This document shows, piece by piece, positions 54,058 through 63,375 of a DNA stretch of 64,000 nt. The notes beneath the pieces were generated by a model. It was not told where the DNA came from, did no database searches, and saw only the letters and a list, made by a program, of their open reading frames with translations. Each line of letters opens with the position of its first letter. Position 1 is the stretch's first letter. Made by a program: the position numbers and the translations under genes. The DNA comes from an uncultured Gemmatimonadales bacterium (GTDB lineage: Bacteria; Gemmatimonadota; Gemmatimonadetes; Gemmatimonadales; GWC2-71-9), in the NCBI GenBank assembly GCA_963722825.1, contig CAVROI010000001.1, positions 1,381,370 through 1,445,369 of the forward strand, in the 5' to 3' direction.

Positions 54058-54558
54058 CTACCCCAACAGGCGCTCGTAATAGACGAGCGGATCCCCTTTG
54101 TAGACGACCCGACCGCGTTCCGTGAACCCGCAGCGGACATAGAACTCGCCAGCCCCGGCGCTCGCGTCATAGGCATCGAGGCGGACGGCGTCGGCAGGCC
54201 ACCCGGCTGCAATGGAGCAGGCATCTTCGAGCGCCATGCTTCCCAGCCCTTGTCCTTGATGTGCCACCGAGACGGCCATCCCAGTCAGGTACACAGACCG
54301 CTTGACCGGCGTAAAGTAGGAAATGTCGATCGCCCAAGGCTTCTTCGTCGCGAGCCGCAGCACAGTCAGAATGCGCTTGCCATCTCTCCCAATCCGAACC
54401 CGGGCGTGGCGTTGCGCAAGCGCCGCTCCCCGCTCGGTCACCAGCGAAGACCAAGGACCTGGTCCAAAGCGGGCAGTCAGTGCACCCGCAGCTGCATTCT
54501 GGAGGCCGGCAATGGCCGCAATGTCGTCGAGTGTAGCATCACGAAACTTCAGCGGCAC
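54058..54558 (-). CDS. GNAT acetyltransferase
   Basis: HQGQGLG, RLDAY, FYVRCGF. Confidence 0.85.
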   Translation of the reverse strand: MPLKFRDATLDDIAAIAGLQNAAAGALTARFGPGPWSSLVTERGAALAQRHARVRIGRDGKRILTVLRLATKKPWAIDISYFTPVKRSVYLTGMAVSVAHQGQGLGSMALEDACSIAAGWPADAVRLDAYDASAGAGEFYVRCGFTERGRVVYKGDPLVYYERLLG

Positions 54559-54589
54559 ATGGGACCTCGAGTGAGGACGAGCAAGTGCG

Positions 54590-54731
54590 GCCTAACGACT
54601 TGCGCATCAGCTGCAGGCCCTCAAGCCCGCGCCCGCACAAAGTGACGTTTCCACTGCCTGGCCACGAGGAGCGCAGCGCCCGAGCGGAGTGCCGGCCCAC
54701 CCGGCCTGTCGGCTGCATGCGCGGGTTAGAC
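54590..54731 (-). repeat. attC site
   Basis: GCCTAAC...GTTAGAC. Confidence 0.9.
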
Positions 54732-54845
54732 GGCGCCGGTAGATCCTAACGATCTGTCAGGTTGGCGCAGCTAAGTGCCTTATTAGACGCGCCATACTAG
54801 GCGGCCACCATTGTGCCGAGATCGCCGGACCTTGGGCTTGGAGGC

Positions 54846-55556
54846 TCAGCGGCGAGTCAGGCGCTCGGGTAAGGCCATAAGCTTCACCAACCAGCTCGGC
54901 ATACCGGATGCCTCAAGTCTCCGAAGCACCCTTTCAGTGGCATGAGGCTCTTCCCACCAGCGCTGTTCTAGGGTTCGGTACAACTGGTCGACCAAGGCTG
55001 CGCCTCCCGGCAACTTCCGAGCAAAGGCAACTTGCTCCTTGACGCACAGCTTCTCGATCCGCTCGGCGTTCATCCGCGAGTGCGAGATTCCCCGAACATC
55101 AAGACGCGCGTGCATAGCCTCATGCACGAGCACCAGTGCAGAGAGCGTGTTGGTGCGCATCTTCAGACAAGGGGCATCGGCCATGATGGCCTGAAGGGCA
55201 GTCGAATAATGATCACCACCACCTGGGACAAACACGATACGTCGAACGTACCGACGCATCTGAGCCATTCGCTTGGGATCGAAGTGCTCGATGAGGTCCA
55301 GCGCATTGTCGAGCGCACGAATGAGGGGTTCCCAATCCTTGCCATCGGCGGTGTTCACGACTGCGAAGCCCCGGTGCGGCCTTCGCTCCAGAAGGTGCAC
55401 CGACGCTCTAGCCACTGCCGTGCCTATCGCACCTCGAATTCCAAACACGTGGCGCATCCCAGTATAGGAAGTCGAAGTGTTGGCGGGAACGACTCGCCCG
55501 CCGCACTGGCTTCGCGTCGCCACTGCGGCAGAAGGGCCTGGAAGGAGCCCATGCAC
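54846..55556 (-). CDS. Hypothetical protein with HExxH motif
   Basis: LVHEAMHARL...ERIEKLC; start uncertain. Confidence 0.6.
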   Translation of the reverse strand: MHGLLPGPSAAVATRSQCGGRVVPANTSTSYTGMRHVFGIRGAIGTAVARASVHLLERRPHRGFAVVNTADGKDWEPLIRALDNALDLIEHFDPKRMAQMRRYVRRIVFVPGGGDHYSTALQAIMADAPCLKMRTNTLSALVLVHEAMHARLDVRGISHSRMNAERIEKLCVKEQVAFARKLPGGAALVDQLYRTLEQRWWEEPHATERVLRRLEASGMPSWLVKLMALPERLTRR

Positions 55557-55593
55557 CCGCCGATCCCAACTGCAAGAGAGCCCGTGGGCGTCC

Positions 55594-55729
55594 GTCTAAC
55601 GACCTGCGCATCAGCTGCAAGCGACTCGCCCGCCCCGCACTAACCTACGTTCCGCCGCCCGCTACCGGCGGGTGGTGGCGCTACGAACTCCGCCCGGAAG
55701 CGCTTGTCGGCTGCATGCGCGGGTTAGAC
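55594..55729 (-). repeat. attC site
   Basis: GTCTAAC...GTTAGAC. Confidence 0.9.
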
Positions 55730-56272
55730 CGCTTCCTTCGCGGGGATCGCTCGTCGCTTTGGCCGGACCCCGACCACGTCGTCCGTGACAATCGTTTCGG
55801 CAATCCGATCGTGGACCGTTTGGCGCTGAGGATGCAAGAAGTACTGAAGGAAGCCGAAGCCCAGTTCCAGCGCCGACGCTCCATAACCCAAGGCGCGTTC
55901 GGTACATTGCCACAACGAGAGCTGCTCGTGCCCGATCGCCTGTACTCGAATCTTCAGGAGGCGCTTGCCCGGAGACCGACCCCGGCCGAAGTACGTCGTC
56001 AGCGCGAAATAGGTGACCAGCCAGAGCAGGCTGTACCAATTGTGAAAGAAGTTGAGCTCCACATGGCTGTCCCGGGGAATGATCCCGGCGCGTGCTGCCA
56101 AGTACGCGGCCGGGCCTACCAGCACGACGAAGAGGGCCGCAGCGATCAGAAAATCCAAGCTGAAAGCGGCCGCCCGGCGACCAAAGTTGGCGAGCGCACG
56201 CCCCGCGACATGCTGACCGGTTGTTGGCGCAGGCGGCGAATACGTTGATGGCCCTAGGCGTAAGCGAAACAT
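55724..56272 (-). CDS. RDD family protein
   Basis: RRAAAFSLD, GRSPGKRLLKIRV, RQTVHDRIAET. Confidence 0.9.
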   Translation of the reverse strand: MFRLRLGPSTYSPPAPTTGQHVAGRALANFGRRAAAFSLDFLIAAALFVVLVGPAAYLAARAGIIPRDSHVELNFFHNWYSLLWLVTYFALTTYFGRGRSPGKRLLKIRVQAIGHEQLSLWQCTERALGYGASALELGFGFLQYFLHPQRQTVHDRIAETIVTDDVVGVRPKRRAIPAKEAV

Positions 56273-56329
56273 GTCGCGAGAACTCCGAGTATCCTGAAAT
56301 AACAACGTGCAATAGACTCCACTGAAGCG

Positions 56330-56466
56330 GTCTAACGACTGGCGCATCAGCTGCAAGCGACTCGCTCGCCCTGCACTATCCTATGTTCCATTGAACCGCC
56401 ACGGGCGGGTGCCGGGCACCATCACTCCGCCCCGAGGCGCTTGTCGGCTGCATGCGCGGGTTAGGC
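56330..56466 (-). repeat. attC site
   Basis: GTCTAAC...GTTAGGC. Confidence 0.9.
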
Positions 56467-56508
56467 CGCAGCTCGGCAGGGGCCGACCGACTCTCCCGCC
56501 CCTTAAGG

Positions 56509-56901
56509 CTACGAGGAAGTGTCCTTGGGCTCCGATCCAAACCGAAGCACGTGGCCGTCCGGATCCAAGAGCTGCATTTCATAAGCCCAGGGACGATTGG
56601 TCGGCGGCTGAAAGACCCGGGCGCCCTTGCTCTGGTATTCGACGAACAATGGGTCAACGTCCTCGACGCCAATCCATATCCAAGTGCCCGCATGCCCTTG
56701 CGACCCTTGGCATAGCATGATGGCGTGCCCGTTCCTCGAGACCGAGGCCATTTCAGAACCGTCCTCATCTCCCCAATCCAGCCGAAAGCCAAGTACCTCC
56801 ACATAGTAGCGAAGGCTCGCCAAGAGGCTGGTGACCCGTAGGATCGGTACGATGCACTCGACGTCGACATCAGCTGCGTGTTTCTGTCCTCCACCCGACA
56901 T
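56509..56901 (-). CDS. Glyoxalase/bleomycin-resistance family protein
   Basis: PILRV...YYVEVLGF, PWAYEM..DPDGHVLRFG. Confidence 0.85.
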   Translation of the reverse strand: MSGGGQKHAADVDVECIVPILRVTSLLASLRYYVEVLGFRLDWGDEDGSEMASVSRNGHAIMLCQGSQGHAGTWIWIGVEDVDPLFVEYQSKGARVFQPPTNRPWAYEMQLLDPDGHVLRFGSEPKDTSS

Positions 56902-56917
56902 ACGACCTCCGCTGTCG

Positions 56918-57055
56918 GCCTAACGACTTGCGCATCAGCTGCAAGCGACTCGCTCGCTCACGCGCTAACTAACGTTCCACTGAATCGCCATCGGAGTGCG
57001 GCTTTCGACTGAGCTCCGGTCGGACGCGCTTGTCGGCTGCATGCGCTGGTTAGGC
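56918..57055 (-). repeat. attC site
   Basis: GCCTAAC...GTTAGGC. Confidence 0.9.
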
Positions 57056-57060
57056 AACTC

Positions 57061-57089
57061 TTGCGTACGTATATACATATTTATATACT
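57061..57089 (+). promoter_or_regulatory. Promoter of higBA (likely leaderless)
   Basis: TTGCGT-17bp-TATACT, ATG 5 nt downstream; AT-rich. Confidence 0.7.
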
Positions 57090-57094
57090 AGCTC

Positions 57095-57442
57095 ATGGCT
57101 GACAAGCCGCTGCGCTGGGCGGGAGCCTCCCTCGAGGATCTCCGGGCCTTCCCAGACGACGCTCGGCGCCAAGCGGGCTATCAGCTGCGGCGCCTGCAAC
57201 AGGGACTCCAGCCGGATGATGCCAAGCCCATGGTTTCGGTCGGAACGGGCGTGGCCGAGATCCGGATCCATACCGGCGTCGAGCATCGGGTGTTCTACGT
57301 GGCCAAGTTTGTCGAGGCCATCTACGTGCTCCATGCCTTCGAGAAACGCAGCCGGCAGACTCGACAGGCCGATTTGGCGTTGGGCCGGCGCCGCTTGGCC
57401 GAGGTCATCCGCTACCGCCGGGAGCAGGGAGAAAGCCTATGA
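57095..57442 (+). CDS. higB: HigB/RelE (Gp49-like) toxin
   Basis: DLRAFP, AGYQL, EIRI, YVLHAFEKRS. Confidence 0.9.
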   Translation: MADKPLRWAGASLEDLRAFPDDARRQAGYQLRRLQQGLQPDDAKPMVSVGTGVAEIRIHTGVEHRVFYVAKFVEAIYVLHAFEKRSRQTRQADLALGRRRLAEVIRYRREQGESL

Positions 57443-57738
57443 CGACCAAAATCCGTCGCTCTAGCGGGAATGTGTTCCGTGATCTCGCCTTCCCCGCCGA
57501 GGAGGCGGCCAATCTCAAGCTGCGCGCCGATCTCATGATTGAACTCAGCAAGGTGATCAAGGCTCGGCGCCTGACGCAGGCGAAGGCGGCGGCCTTCTTT
57601 GGGGTGAGTCAGCCCCGGATCAGCGATCTCATCCGCGGCAAGATCGACCGCTTCAGCGTCGATACCCTCGTAGCGATGCTGGGCCATGCTGGCCGCCGCG
57701 TGGACCTCGTGGTGCGACCTCGTTCGAGAGTTGCCTAA
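57439..57738 (+). CDS. higA: HigA/XRE antitoxin
   Basis: SGNVFRDL, LTQ..AA...VSQPRISDL.RGK...FS.D.L. Confidence 0.9.
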   Translation: MTTKIRRSSGNVFRDLAFPAEEAANLKLRADLMIELSKVIKARRLTQAKAAAFFGVSQPRISDLIRGKIDRFSVDTLVAMLGHAGRRVDLVVRPRSRVA

Positions 57739-57869
57739 CGACCTGCGCATCAGCTGCAAGCGACTCGCTCGCTCATTAACTAACCTACGTTCCGCCGCCC
57801 GCCCTCGGCGGGTGGCGATTGACGGAACCCAACAAGGAGGCGCTTGTCGGCTGCATGCGCTGGTTAGGC
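57733..57869 (-). repeat. attC site
   Basis: GCCTAAC...GTTAGGC. Confidence 0.9.
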
Positions 57870-58187
57870 GCCGACATGCAGCACTGTGCCTGGACGTACT
57901 TGGTCGAGGGCCGCGAGGATGGCGCCAGCGAGTGGTACGACGGTCTCCACTCGGTTATCACGCGCAATGATGACGAGCAGCCCAAGACCGGCCCGCGCTA
58001 TGTTCTGTTGGTGCTCAAGATTGCGGTCCATGGTGACCAGCACCTGAAAACCGGCCGCGGTGGCTCGTCGCAACGGCTCACCATTTTGGACGCCGGCCCA
58101 GCCCGCCTGGACCACGGTCTGGATGTCGTGGCCTGGGAGCTCGGCTGCCAGCGGCCGCGGCACCGACTCATCGAGGAGAACGTGCAC
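57864..58187 (-). CDS. DUF5615 PIN-like toxin
   Basis: LLDESVP, GW.G..NG, VTMDRNL..QQN. Confidence 0.85.
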   Translation of the reverse strand: MHVLLDESVPRPLAAELPGHDIQTVVQAGWAGVQNGEPLRRATAAGFQVLVTMDRNLEHQQNIARAGLGLLVIIARDNRVETVVPLAGAILAALDQVRPGTVLHVGA

Positions 58188-58395
58188 CCGTCAGCAGGGC
58201 TTCGCGGGCCCAGTCGAGAGCGGCAACGGCCTGCGCGCAGGTAACGGAGGGAAAGGCGTCGAGGAACTTGTCGAGACTATCCCCAGCTGCCAGATAGTCG
58301 ATGAGGCTCTGGGCTGGGACCCGGGTGCCGACGAACACCGGTGTCCCGCTCAAGATATTGGGATCGCTGTGAATTACGTCGGTAAGGGTGGGCAT
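58168..58395 (-). CDS. DUF433 antitoxin
   Basis: DPNILSGTPVFVGTRVP, FLDAFP. Confidence 0.9.
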   Translation of the reverse strand: MPTLTDVIHSDPNILSGTPVFVGTRVPAQSLIDYLAAGDSLDKFLDAFPSVTCAQAVAALDWAREALLTGARSPR

Positions 58396-58447
58396 CGGGC
58401 CTCCTTGAGTGCCTCCCTAAAGGTACATCGGAACTCGGTTGTCGTGC

Positions 58448-58585
58448 GCCTAACGCTGCGCATCAGTTGCAGGCGATCATGGTTCCGCCCGCACCATTCT
58501 ACGGTCCACTGACCGCCACCGGCGATCAGTGCACGAGCGGAGGGTCCCGCCCCTCCGGCCTGCCAACTGCATGCGCGGGTTAGGC
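58448..58585 (-). repeat. attC site
   Basis: GCCTAAC...GTTAGGC. Confidence 0.9.
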
Positions 58586-58857
58586 TGCTCGCGTCGGATC
58601 GCGATCGTCGCCCGCCAGCGATCCCGCGAGGAGCTTCGGCGCCCTTGAAAATGTCCGGCGGCGCGGGTGGTCGGGCGCGGCTGCGGCGCGGCGGCCTGGC
58701 ACTCCGACCGTTGGCTTCGGGCGCGCGCCGTCGGCTGCGCCGACCTGGCCACGAGCACTGGAACCTCGACCGCTTGCGAACGCGCCGCCACTTGGAACGA
58801 CAGGGCGCCACAAGGAGCCCACCAAACCAATCAGTTCTGTTCTTCGTGTGCGAGGCA
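58586..58857. other. ORF-less cassette B, copy 1
   Basis: No credible ORF; identical body at 63517..63788. Confidence 0.7.
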
Positions 58858-58996
58858 GCCTAACGACTGGCGCATCAGCTGCAAGCGGCAAGCTTCCTGC
58901 CCGCACAATCACTCTGTTCCATAGCCCACATCGGCGCTTGCCGCCGAAGAGGAGCCTCATTCGGAAGCGCTTGTCGGCTGCATGCGCTTGTTAGGC
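58858..58996 (-). repeat. attC site
   Basis: GCCTAAC...GTTAGGC. Confidence 0.9.
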
Positions 58997-59023
58997 GCCG
59001 CCCTATGTATTACATTGTGGGAC

Positions 59024-59245
59024 ATGAAGGACGCCGCCCTCACCATCCGCCTGGATCCCGCCCTCGAGCGCCAGCTTGAGGCCGTGGCCCGCGCCTCCGG
59101 TCGCTCCAAGAGCGAGGTGGTCCGCGACGCCCTCCGCCGCCAGCTGGCGTTGGCCCGGTTCGAGGGGCTGCGCCGCCGAACCCTGCCCTTCGCCGAGGCC
59201 CGCGGCTATTTGACTGACGAGGACGTCTACCGCGACGTCTCGTGA
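59024..59245 (+). CDS. CopG/RHH antitoxin (VapB-like)
   Basis: LTIRLD...GRSKSEVVRDAL; upstream palindrome ATGTATTACAT. Confidence 0.85.
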   Translation: MKDAALTIRLDPALERQLEAVARASGRSKSEVVRDALRRQLALARFEGLRRRTLPFAEARGYLTDEDVYRDVS

Positions 59246-59652
59246 GGGTCTGCCTCGATACCAACGTGCTGGTCGCGGCCGTCGCCACCCGGGGGCTTGC
59301 GGCCGATGTGGTGCGGGTGGTGCTCGCGGAGCACGACCTGCTCGTGCCCGAGGTGGTTCTCGCCGAACTCCAGCGGGTACTTGCCACCAAGTTCAAGCTG
59401 CCGCGGGCCCGGCTCGTCGAGTTGGACGCCTTCTTCCGCGAGCGGGAAGTCGTCCCGAAACCACCCCACCTCCTTGACATCCCGGTGCGTGACCGGGCCG
59501 ATGCCTGGGTCCTCGCCAGCGCTGTCGCGGGCCAAGCCGACGTGCTGGTGACCGGCGATAAAGATCTACTCGTGCTCGGCCCCCGTGCTCCCTTGCCCAT
59601 CCTCGACCCGCGCGGTTTCTGGAATCTCACCCGAGGGGCTGGCGAAACTTGA
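59242..59652 (+). CDS. PIN-domain toxin (VapC-like)
   Basis: LDTNVLV, RDRAD, VTGDKDLL. Confidence 0.9.
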   Translation: MRVCLDTNVLVAAVATRGLAADVVRVVLAEHDLLVPEVVLAELQRVLATKFKLPRARLVELDAFFREREVVPKPPHLLDIPVRDRADAWVLASAVAGQADVLVTGDKDLLVLGPRAPLPILDPRGFWNLTRGAGET

Positions 59653-59666
59653 TGCCCGTGGCGTGC

Positions 59667-59805
59667 GCCTAACGACTTGCGCATCAGCTGCAAGCGGCGA
59701 GCTTACCGCCCACACAATCACTTCGTTCCATATCTGACATCGGCACTCGCCGCCCGAGCGGAGGTGACCTCGGACGCGCTTGTCGGCTGCATGCGCGGGT
59801 TAGGC
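59667..59805 (-). repeat. attC site
   Basis: GCCTAAC...GTTAGGC. Confidence 0.9.
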
Positions 59806-60327
59806 AGCGGTGTATCGCACTTCGTATCGTAAGCTGACCACGCCGGTCGGATAGGAGTGGGAGTGCGCCAGCGCGAGCCGCGTCAACGGACCTCCCACTT
59901 CCACGAGAGGGATGCCGCCCCCGAGTAGGACGGGGCTGACTGCGAGCTCCACGATGTCTACCTGTCTCGCCGCAAGAAGACTGCGGAACAGGTTACCACC
60001 ACCAAAGAGCCAAATCTCTCGGCCTGGGTCGGCGCGTAAGCTGGCGACGGTAGCGCCGGGGTCGTCGCTGACGATCGTGACAGCTGGGTGCTGCTGGGGC
60101 ACCAGCGTTCGTGAGAACACATAGATGTGCCACCCCGTCGGCCAGCGTGGTGCACCAGGTTGTTGCGTCAGTTCGTACGTGCGGCGGCCAAGGAGAACGG
60201 TGTCCACGCTGTCATAGACCGCAGAGAGATTGATCGTCGGATCGTGGACAATCCAATCGAACTCTCCGTGCGGACCGGCGATGTAACCATCGACGCTTGT
60301 GGCGACTCTATAGACTACCTGGCGCAT
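59800..60327 (-). CDS. RibD C-terminal/dihydrofolate reductase family protein
   Basis: SVDGYIA, LGRRTYE, WLFGGG, PVLLGGGIP. Confidence 0.9.
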   Translation of the reverse strand: MRQVVYRVATSVDGYIAGPHGEFDWIVHDPTINLSAVYDSVDTVLLGRRTYELTQQPGAPRWPTGWHIYVFSRTLVPQQHPAVTIVSDDPGATVASLRADPGREIWLFGGGNLFRSLLAARQVDIVELAVSPVLLGGGIPLVEVGGPLTRLALAHSHSYPTGVVSLRYEVRYTAA

Positions 60328-60345
60328 ATGTAGGATTCCACCGCT

Positions 60346-60488
60346 GCCTAACGAATGGCGCATCAGCTGCAGGCTCTCATGCCCGCGCCCACACAAATTG
60401 ACGCTTCCACTGCTTGGCCCCTGGAAGCGCCACGCTCACTGGGAGCTCGGGCCCGCCCCGGCCTGTCGGCTGCATGCGCGGGTTAGGC
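60346..60488 (-). repeat. attC site
   Basis: GCCTAAC...GTTAGGC. Confidence 0.9.
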
Positions 60489-60692
60489 AGCACCGGCGGA
60501 CCGGGCATCAGCATGTGCCAGCCCAGCTGGATATGGAAATGCGATACACTGCAAAGGGCAGTAATAGGGCCAGCCAGAAGACCAGACGCCAGAGATACCG
60601 TCGAATCGCCGGGATCTCCACCAACGCAAGTAGAAAGCTCCCGACCAGCCAGATTGCCCCGGTAACGATGCATAAGTGCATAGTGGAGCAAG

Positions 60693-60959
60693 CTACCTCG
60701 GCTCATTGAGCCAGGACTCCAGCGCTTCCTCCGAGTCGAGGATCCCGACTCGTTCTTGAATGAAAGGGTGGATCTTGCCATCAGGGTATTCACCTGGGAG
60801 TCCAGTGTCTTTATTCACCACCCACGAATGGCGCCAGTCGCGCGGCAAGCCTTGCATGAGAGAGCGCGGCGTCTTGCCCAGAAGCCCGGCAACAGCTCCA
60901 TACGTGGCGCGCTGGTGATGCTTGCTGAGTAGATCCAGTACCTGCTTCAACGATCTCAA
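60693..60959 (-). CDS. Small hypothetical protein (MGMT/ATL-like helix motif)
   Basis: TTG start with GGAG RBS; RATYGAVAG...SWVV. Confidence 0.55.
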   Translation of the reverse strand: MRSLKQVLDLLSKHHQRATYGAVAGLLGKTPRSLMQGLPRDWRHSWVVNKDTGLPGEYPDGKIHPFIQERVGILDSEEALESWLNEPR

Positions 60960-60994
60960 TCTAGTTCTCCCTGCCAAGTGCGGCCGATGGTGCT

Positions 60995-61133
60995 GCCTAA
61001 CGACCTGCAAATCAGCTGCAGGCGATCCTGTCTGTCTGCGCACCAACCTACGCTCCACTGATCGCCACCGGCGATCAGTGGCCGCAGGGAACCCCGCCCG
61101 GTTTGGCCTGCCAGCTGCATTTGCCTGTTAGGC
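60995..61133 (-). repeat. attC site
   Basis: Identical to 52217..52355. Confidence 0.9.
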
Positions 61134-61345
61134 AGCTCGCTCGCAGCGGCACTGCTCGCCCCACCCACCAAGGACCTAGGAGCGCCTGGCGCCCTCAAAG
61201 AGCTCCCCGCGGCGCGGGTGCCCGACCGACGGGTCCATGACGGTTTGGAGCCTCGCGCCCACACAGGGTGCGCCGCTGCTCGGAGCCGCGGGCGCCTCGA
61301 GGAGCCCACCTTCGAGTCAGTTCCTCAACTCTTGCCCGCGAGACT
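61134..61345. other. ORF-less cassette A, copy 2
   Basis: Near-identical to 52356..52567. Confidence 0.7.
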
Positions 61346-61482
61346 GCCTAACGACCTGCGCATCAGCTGCAAGCGACCCGCCCGCTCATGCGCTAACCTA
61401 CGTTCCGCCGCCCGCCAGCGGCGGGTGGCGGACCTGGGAACTGCGATCGGAAGCGCTTGCCGGCTGCATGCGCTTGTTAGAC
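61346..61482 (-). repeat. attC site
   Basis: GCCTAAC...GTTAGAC. Confidence 0.9.
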
Positions 61483-61494
61483 AGCCCCGTGCGA

Positions 61495-61725
61495 TCAGCG
61501 AAATAGATGCCCCAGCACGCGCTTGACTTCTGCCTTACGAGCCTCCGGAGTTCCGCCTTCCATTCCTTTGCAGCGATGAGCCGCATGTGCATCCCAACCC
61601 TCCGGCCACATCTCGAACTCCTTCTCCATGCACGCAGGACACAATACGCGCTTGTGAGCTACGTCGGCGGCCGTTAGGACGGCGGCGTTCAGGATGATTC
61701 CCTTGGAACTGAGCTGCGGCTTCAT
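61495..61725 (-). CDS. Paralog of 50831..51061
   Basis: Near-identical protein, many synonymous differences. Confidence 0.7.
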   Translation of the reverse strand: MKPQLSSKGIILNAAVLTAADVAHKRVLCPACMEKEFEMWPEGWDAHAAHRCKGMEGGTPEARKAEVKRVLGHLFR

Positions 61726-61735
61726 CGAGACTCCA

Positions 61736-61860
61736 TCATCTAATCACGACGAGCAATACACAGGCCGAGATGCCAGCCACGAACCCGACGAGTAGGCCAC
61801 AACCCATCGTCCTCTGGTTGTAGACACGATTGTAGACGGCCTTCCTGGGATTTGTCAGCC
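61736..61860 (-). pseudogene. 3' remnant of the 51072..51308 paralog
   Basis: WLTNPRKAVYNRVYN...; fused to a half attC. Confidence 0.75.
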
Positions 61861-61920
61861 ACTCGCCGCCCGAGCGGCACTCATTGGAACGCGCTTGTCG
61901 GCTGCATGCGCGGGTTAGGC
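61861..61920 (-). repeat. Half attC (R' side deleted)
   Basis: ...GTCGGCTGCATGCGCGGGTTAGGC only. Confidence 0.8.
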
Positions 61921-62247
61921 GGGCCGCTCGCGATCTCGAACCCACTTGTCGACCACGCTCGCGTAGGGGCGCAATTGGGGAGCGAACCGCTCGATTGTTT
62001 CTGACCAGGGTAGATCCGGATCGCCATGCGTTCGGGCCTCTTCAAGAAGACCGAACACGTGAAAGCAGGCTTCCCCGCCAAAGCAGAAATAGCTCTCCAT
62101 CAGTGCTGCAGTTGCGCCCTTCGGATCTGTGACCGCAACGCGGTGCAAAGCGCGCAGTGCGGCGGTGACCGCCTGGCGTGCCTGGTGCTTCGAGATCCCC
62201 GCCTCAGCGGCCACCTGTTCAAGAGACGGGGTATAAGAACCTGACAC
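61915..62247 (-). CDS. Hypothetical protein
   Basis: GGAGGAGG RBS plus GTG; stop in R''. Confidence 0.6.
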   Translation of the reverse strand: MSGSYTPSLEQVAAEAGISKHQARQAVTAALRALHRVAVTDPKGATAALMESYFCFGGEACFHVFGLLEEARTHGDPDLPWSETIERFAPQLRPYASVVDKWVRDRERPA

Positions 62248-62314
62248 CCTCGGGCCTCCTCCATGCCTGAACTTGCGAGCTGAACCCGTCTCCCGGCCCC
62301 CTAACAACTATGGA

Positions 62315-62611
62315 TCAATGATCGCCCGGTGAGATAGGGTGGAGCTTGTAGAACGTTGCGACGAGCTCATCGTAGCGGCGAACTGCAGCACCGACGCTGA
62401 ACAGGATGATTCCTACCCCTCGTCCGACGAGGGGCACGAATGTTCTCGCCGTAACTTCCTGCCCGGTCGTTGGGTTGTAAGCGACAAGCGTGTTGAAGGC
62501 AGCTCCAAAGAGAAGGAACATCCATCTGAGCTGCTTGAGAAGCCACAAAACTGGTCTGCCGATGAGGCCGATCGCTACACCTTCCAGCGAGGAGAGGAGT
62601 TTCATGGCCAT
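62315..62611 (-). CDS. Hypothetical membrane protein
   Basis: Two or three TM segments. Confidence 0.5.
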   Translation of the reverse strand: MAMKLLSSLEGVAIGLIGRPVLWLLKQLRWMFLLFGAAFNTLVAYNPTTGQEVTARTFVPLVGRGVGIILFSVGAAVRRYDELVATFYKLHPISPGDH

Positions 62612-62643
62612 GAGCCCATTGTTGTTGGAGCTTCTCCGGCTCC

Positions 62644-62780
62644 GCCTAACGACCCGCGCATCAGCTGCAAGCGACTCGCTCGCGCATGCACTACCCTATG
62701 TTCCGCCGCCCGCCATCGGTGGGTGGCGGATCAAGGAACGAAGTCAGGAAGCGCTTGTCGGCTGCATGCGCTTGTTAGGC
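62644..62780 (-). repeat. attC site
   Basis: GCCTAAC...GTTAGGC. Confidence 0.9.
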
Positions 62781-63362
62781 CTCAAGTGCGAGACGACCCG
62801 CGGTCAAGACCTCATCATAGTAGCGCTCTAAGCCAGAGTTGGTCCCCCGGCAGCCTCGCACGACGTTCTCCGTCCAGTCCAAGTACTCCCGCCGCCGCTC
62901 GAGGCTCCAGCCAGTTGGGGGCGCAGCAGTAACGTCCCGCACGTTAGCAATCTTGTCCCCGAGCTTGATGAGCTTAGCTTTGTTGGAGATCGCGTGTGCA
63001 TGCTCAATCTGCAGTCGCTTCCGTTCGGCCTTCGGTAATTGCTTGTCATCAGTCAATTCGAGGACCAAGTCCCGCACTTCGAGGCCGAACGCGGCCGCAA
63101 GTTCCTCTGGCGTGGTCTCGGTGTCCTCGATCGTATCGTGCAACACCGCCCCTAGTAACGTGGAGAGGTCCGTCACGCCGCCCTGCACGGCAAGGAGCGT
63201 CGCTACGTCGATCGGATGATTGATATAGGGTGAGGCCGCGACATCCTTTCGCCGCTGGCTGCGATGCTTCTGGGCGGCGAACTGGAGTGCCGCAAGCAAC
63301 AGGGCCAAGTGGGATATACGGGCTGACGTTTCCAAGTGCGTCACCTCTGGGGCATAGCGCAT
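62775..63362 (-). CDS. HD-domain (p)ppGpp hydrolase-like protein (Mesh1/SAH)
   Basis: [34 protein letters not shown]. Confidence 0.9.
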   Translation of the reverse strand: MRYAPEVTHLETSARISHLALLLAALQFAAQKHRSQRRKDVAASPYINHPIDVATLLAVQGGVTDLSTLLGAVLHDTIEDTETTPEELAAAFGLEVRDLVLELTDDKQLPKAERKRLQIEHAHAISNKAKLIKLGDKIANVRDVTAAPPTGWSLERRREYLDWTENVVRGCRGTNSGLERYYDEVLTAGRLALEA

Positions 63363-63375
63363 AGCCTGTCTTGAG

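Noticed and set aside
58374..58960. ORFs containing MQLMRRSL, PNPRMQPT, LTRACSRQA or NDLRISCKR
   Set aside because: Translations of attC repeats; they recur only because the repeat recurs and also falsely extend several real genes at the 5' end
59800..60327. dfrA trimethoprim-resistance gene
   Set aside because: Motifs fit the RibD C-terminal family rather than FolA/DfrA
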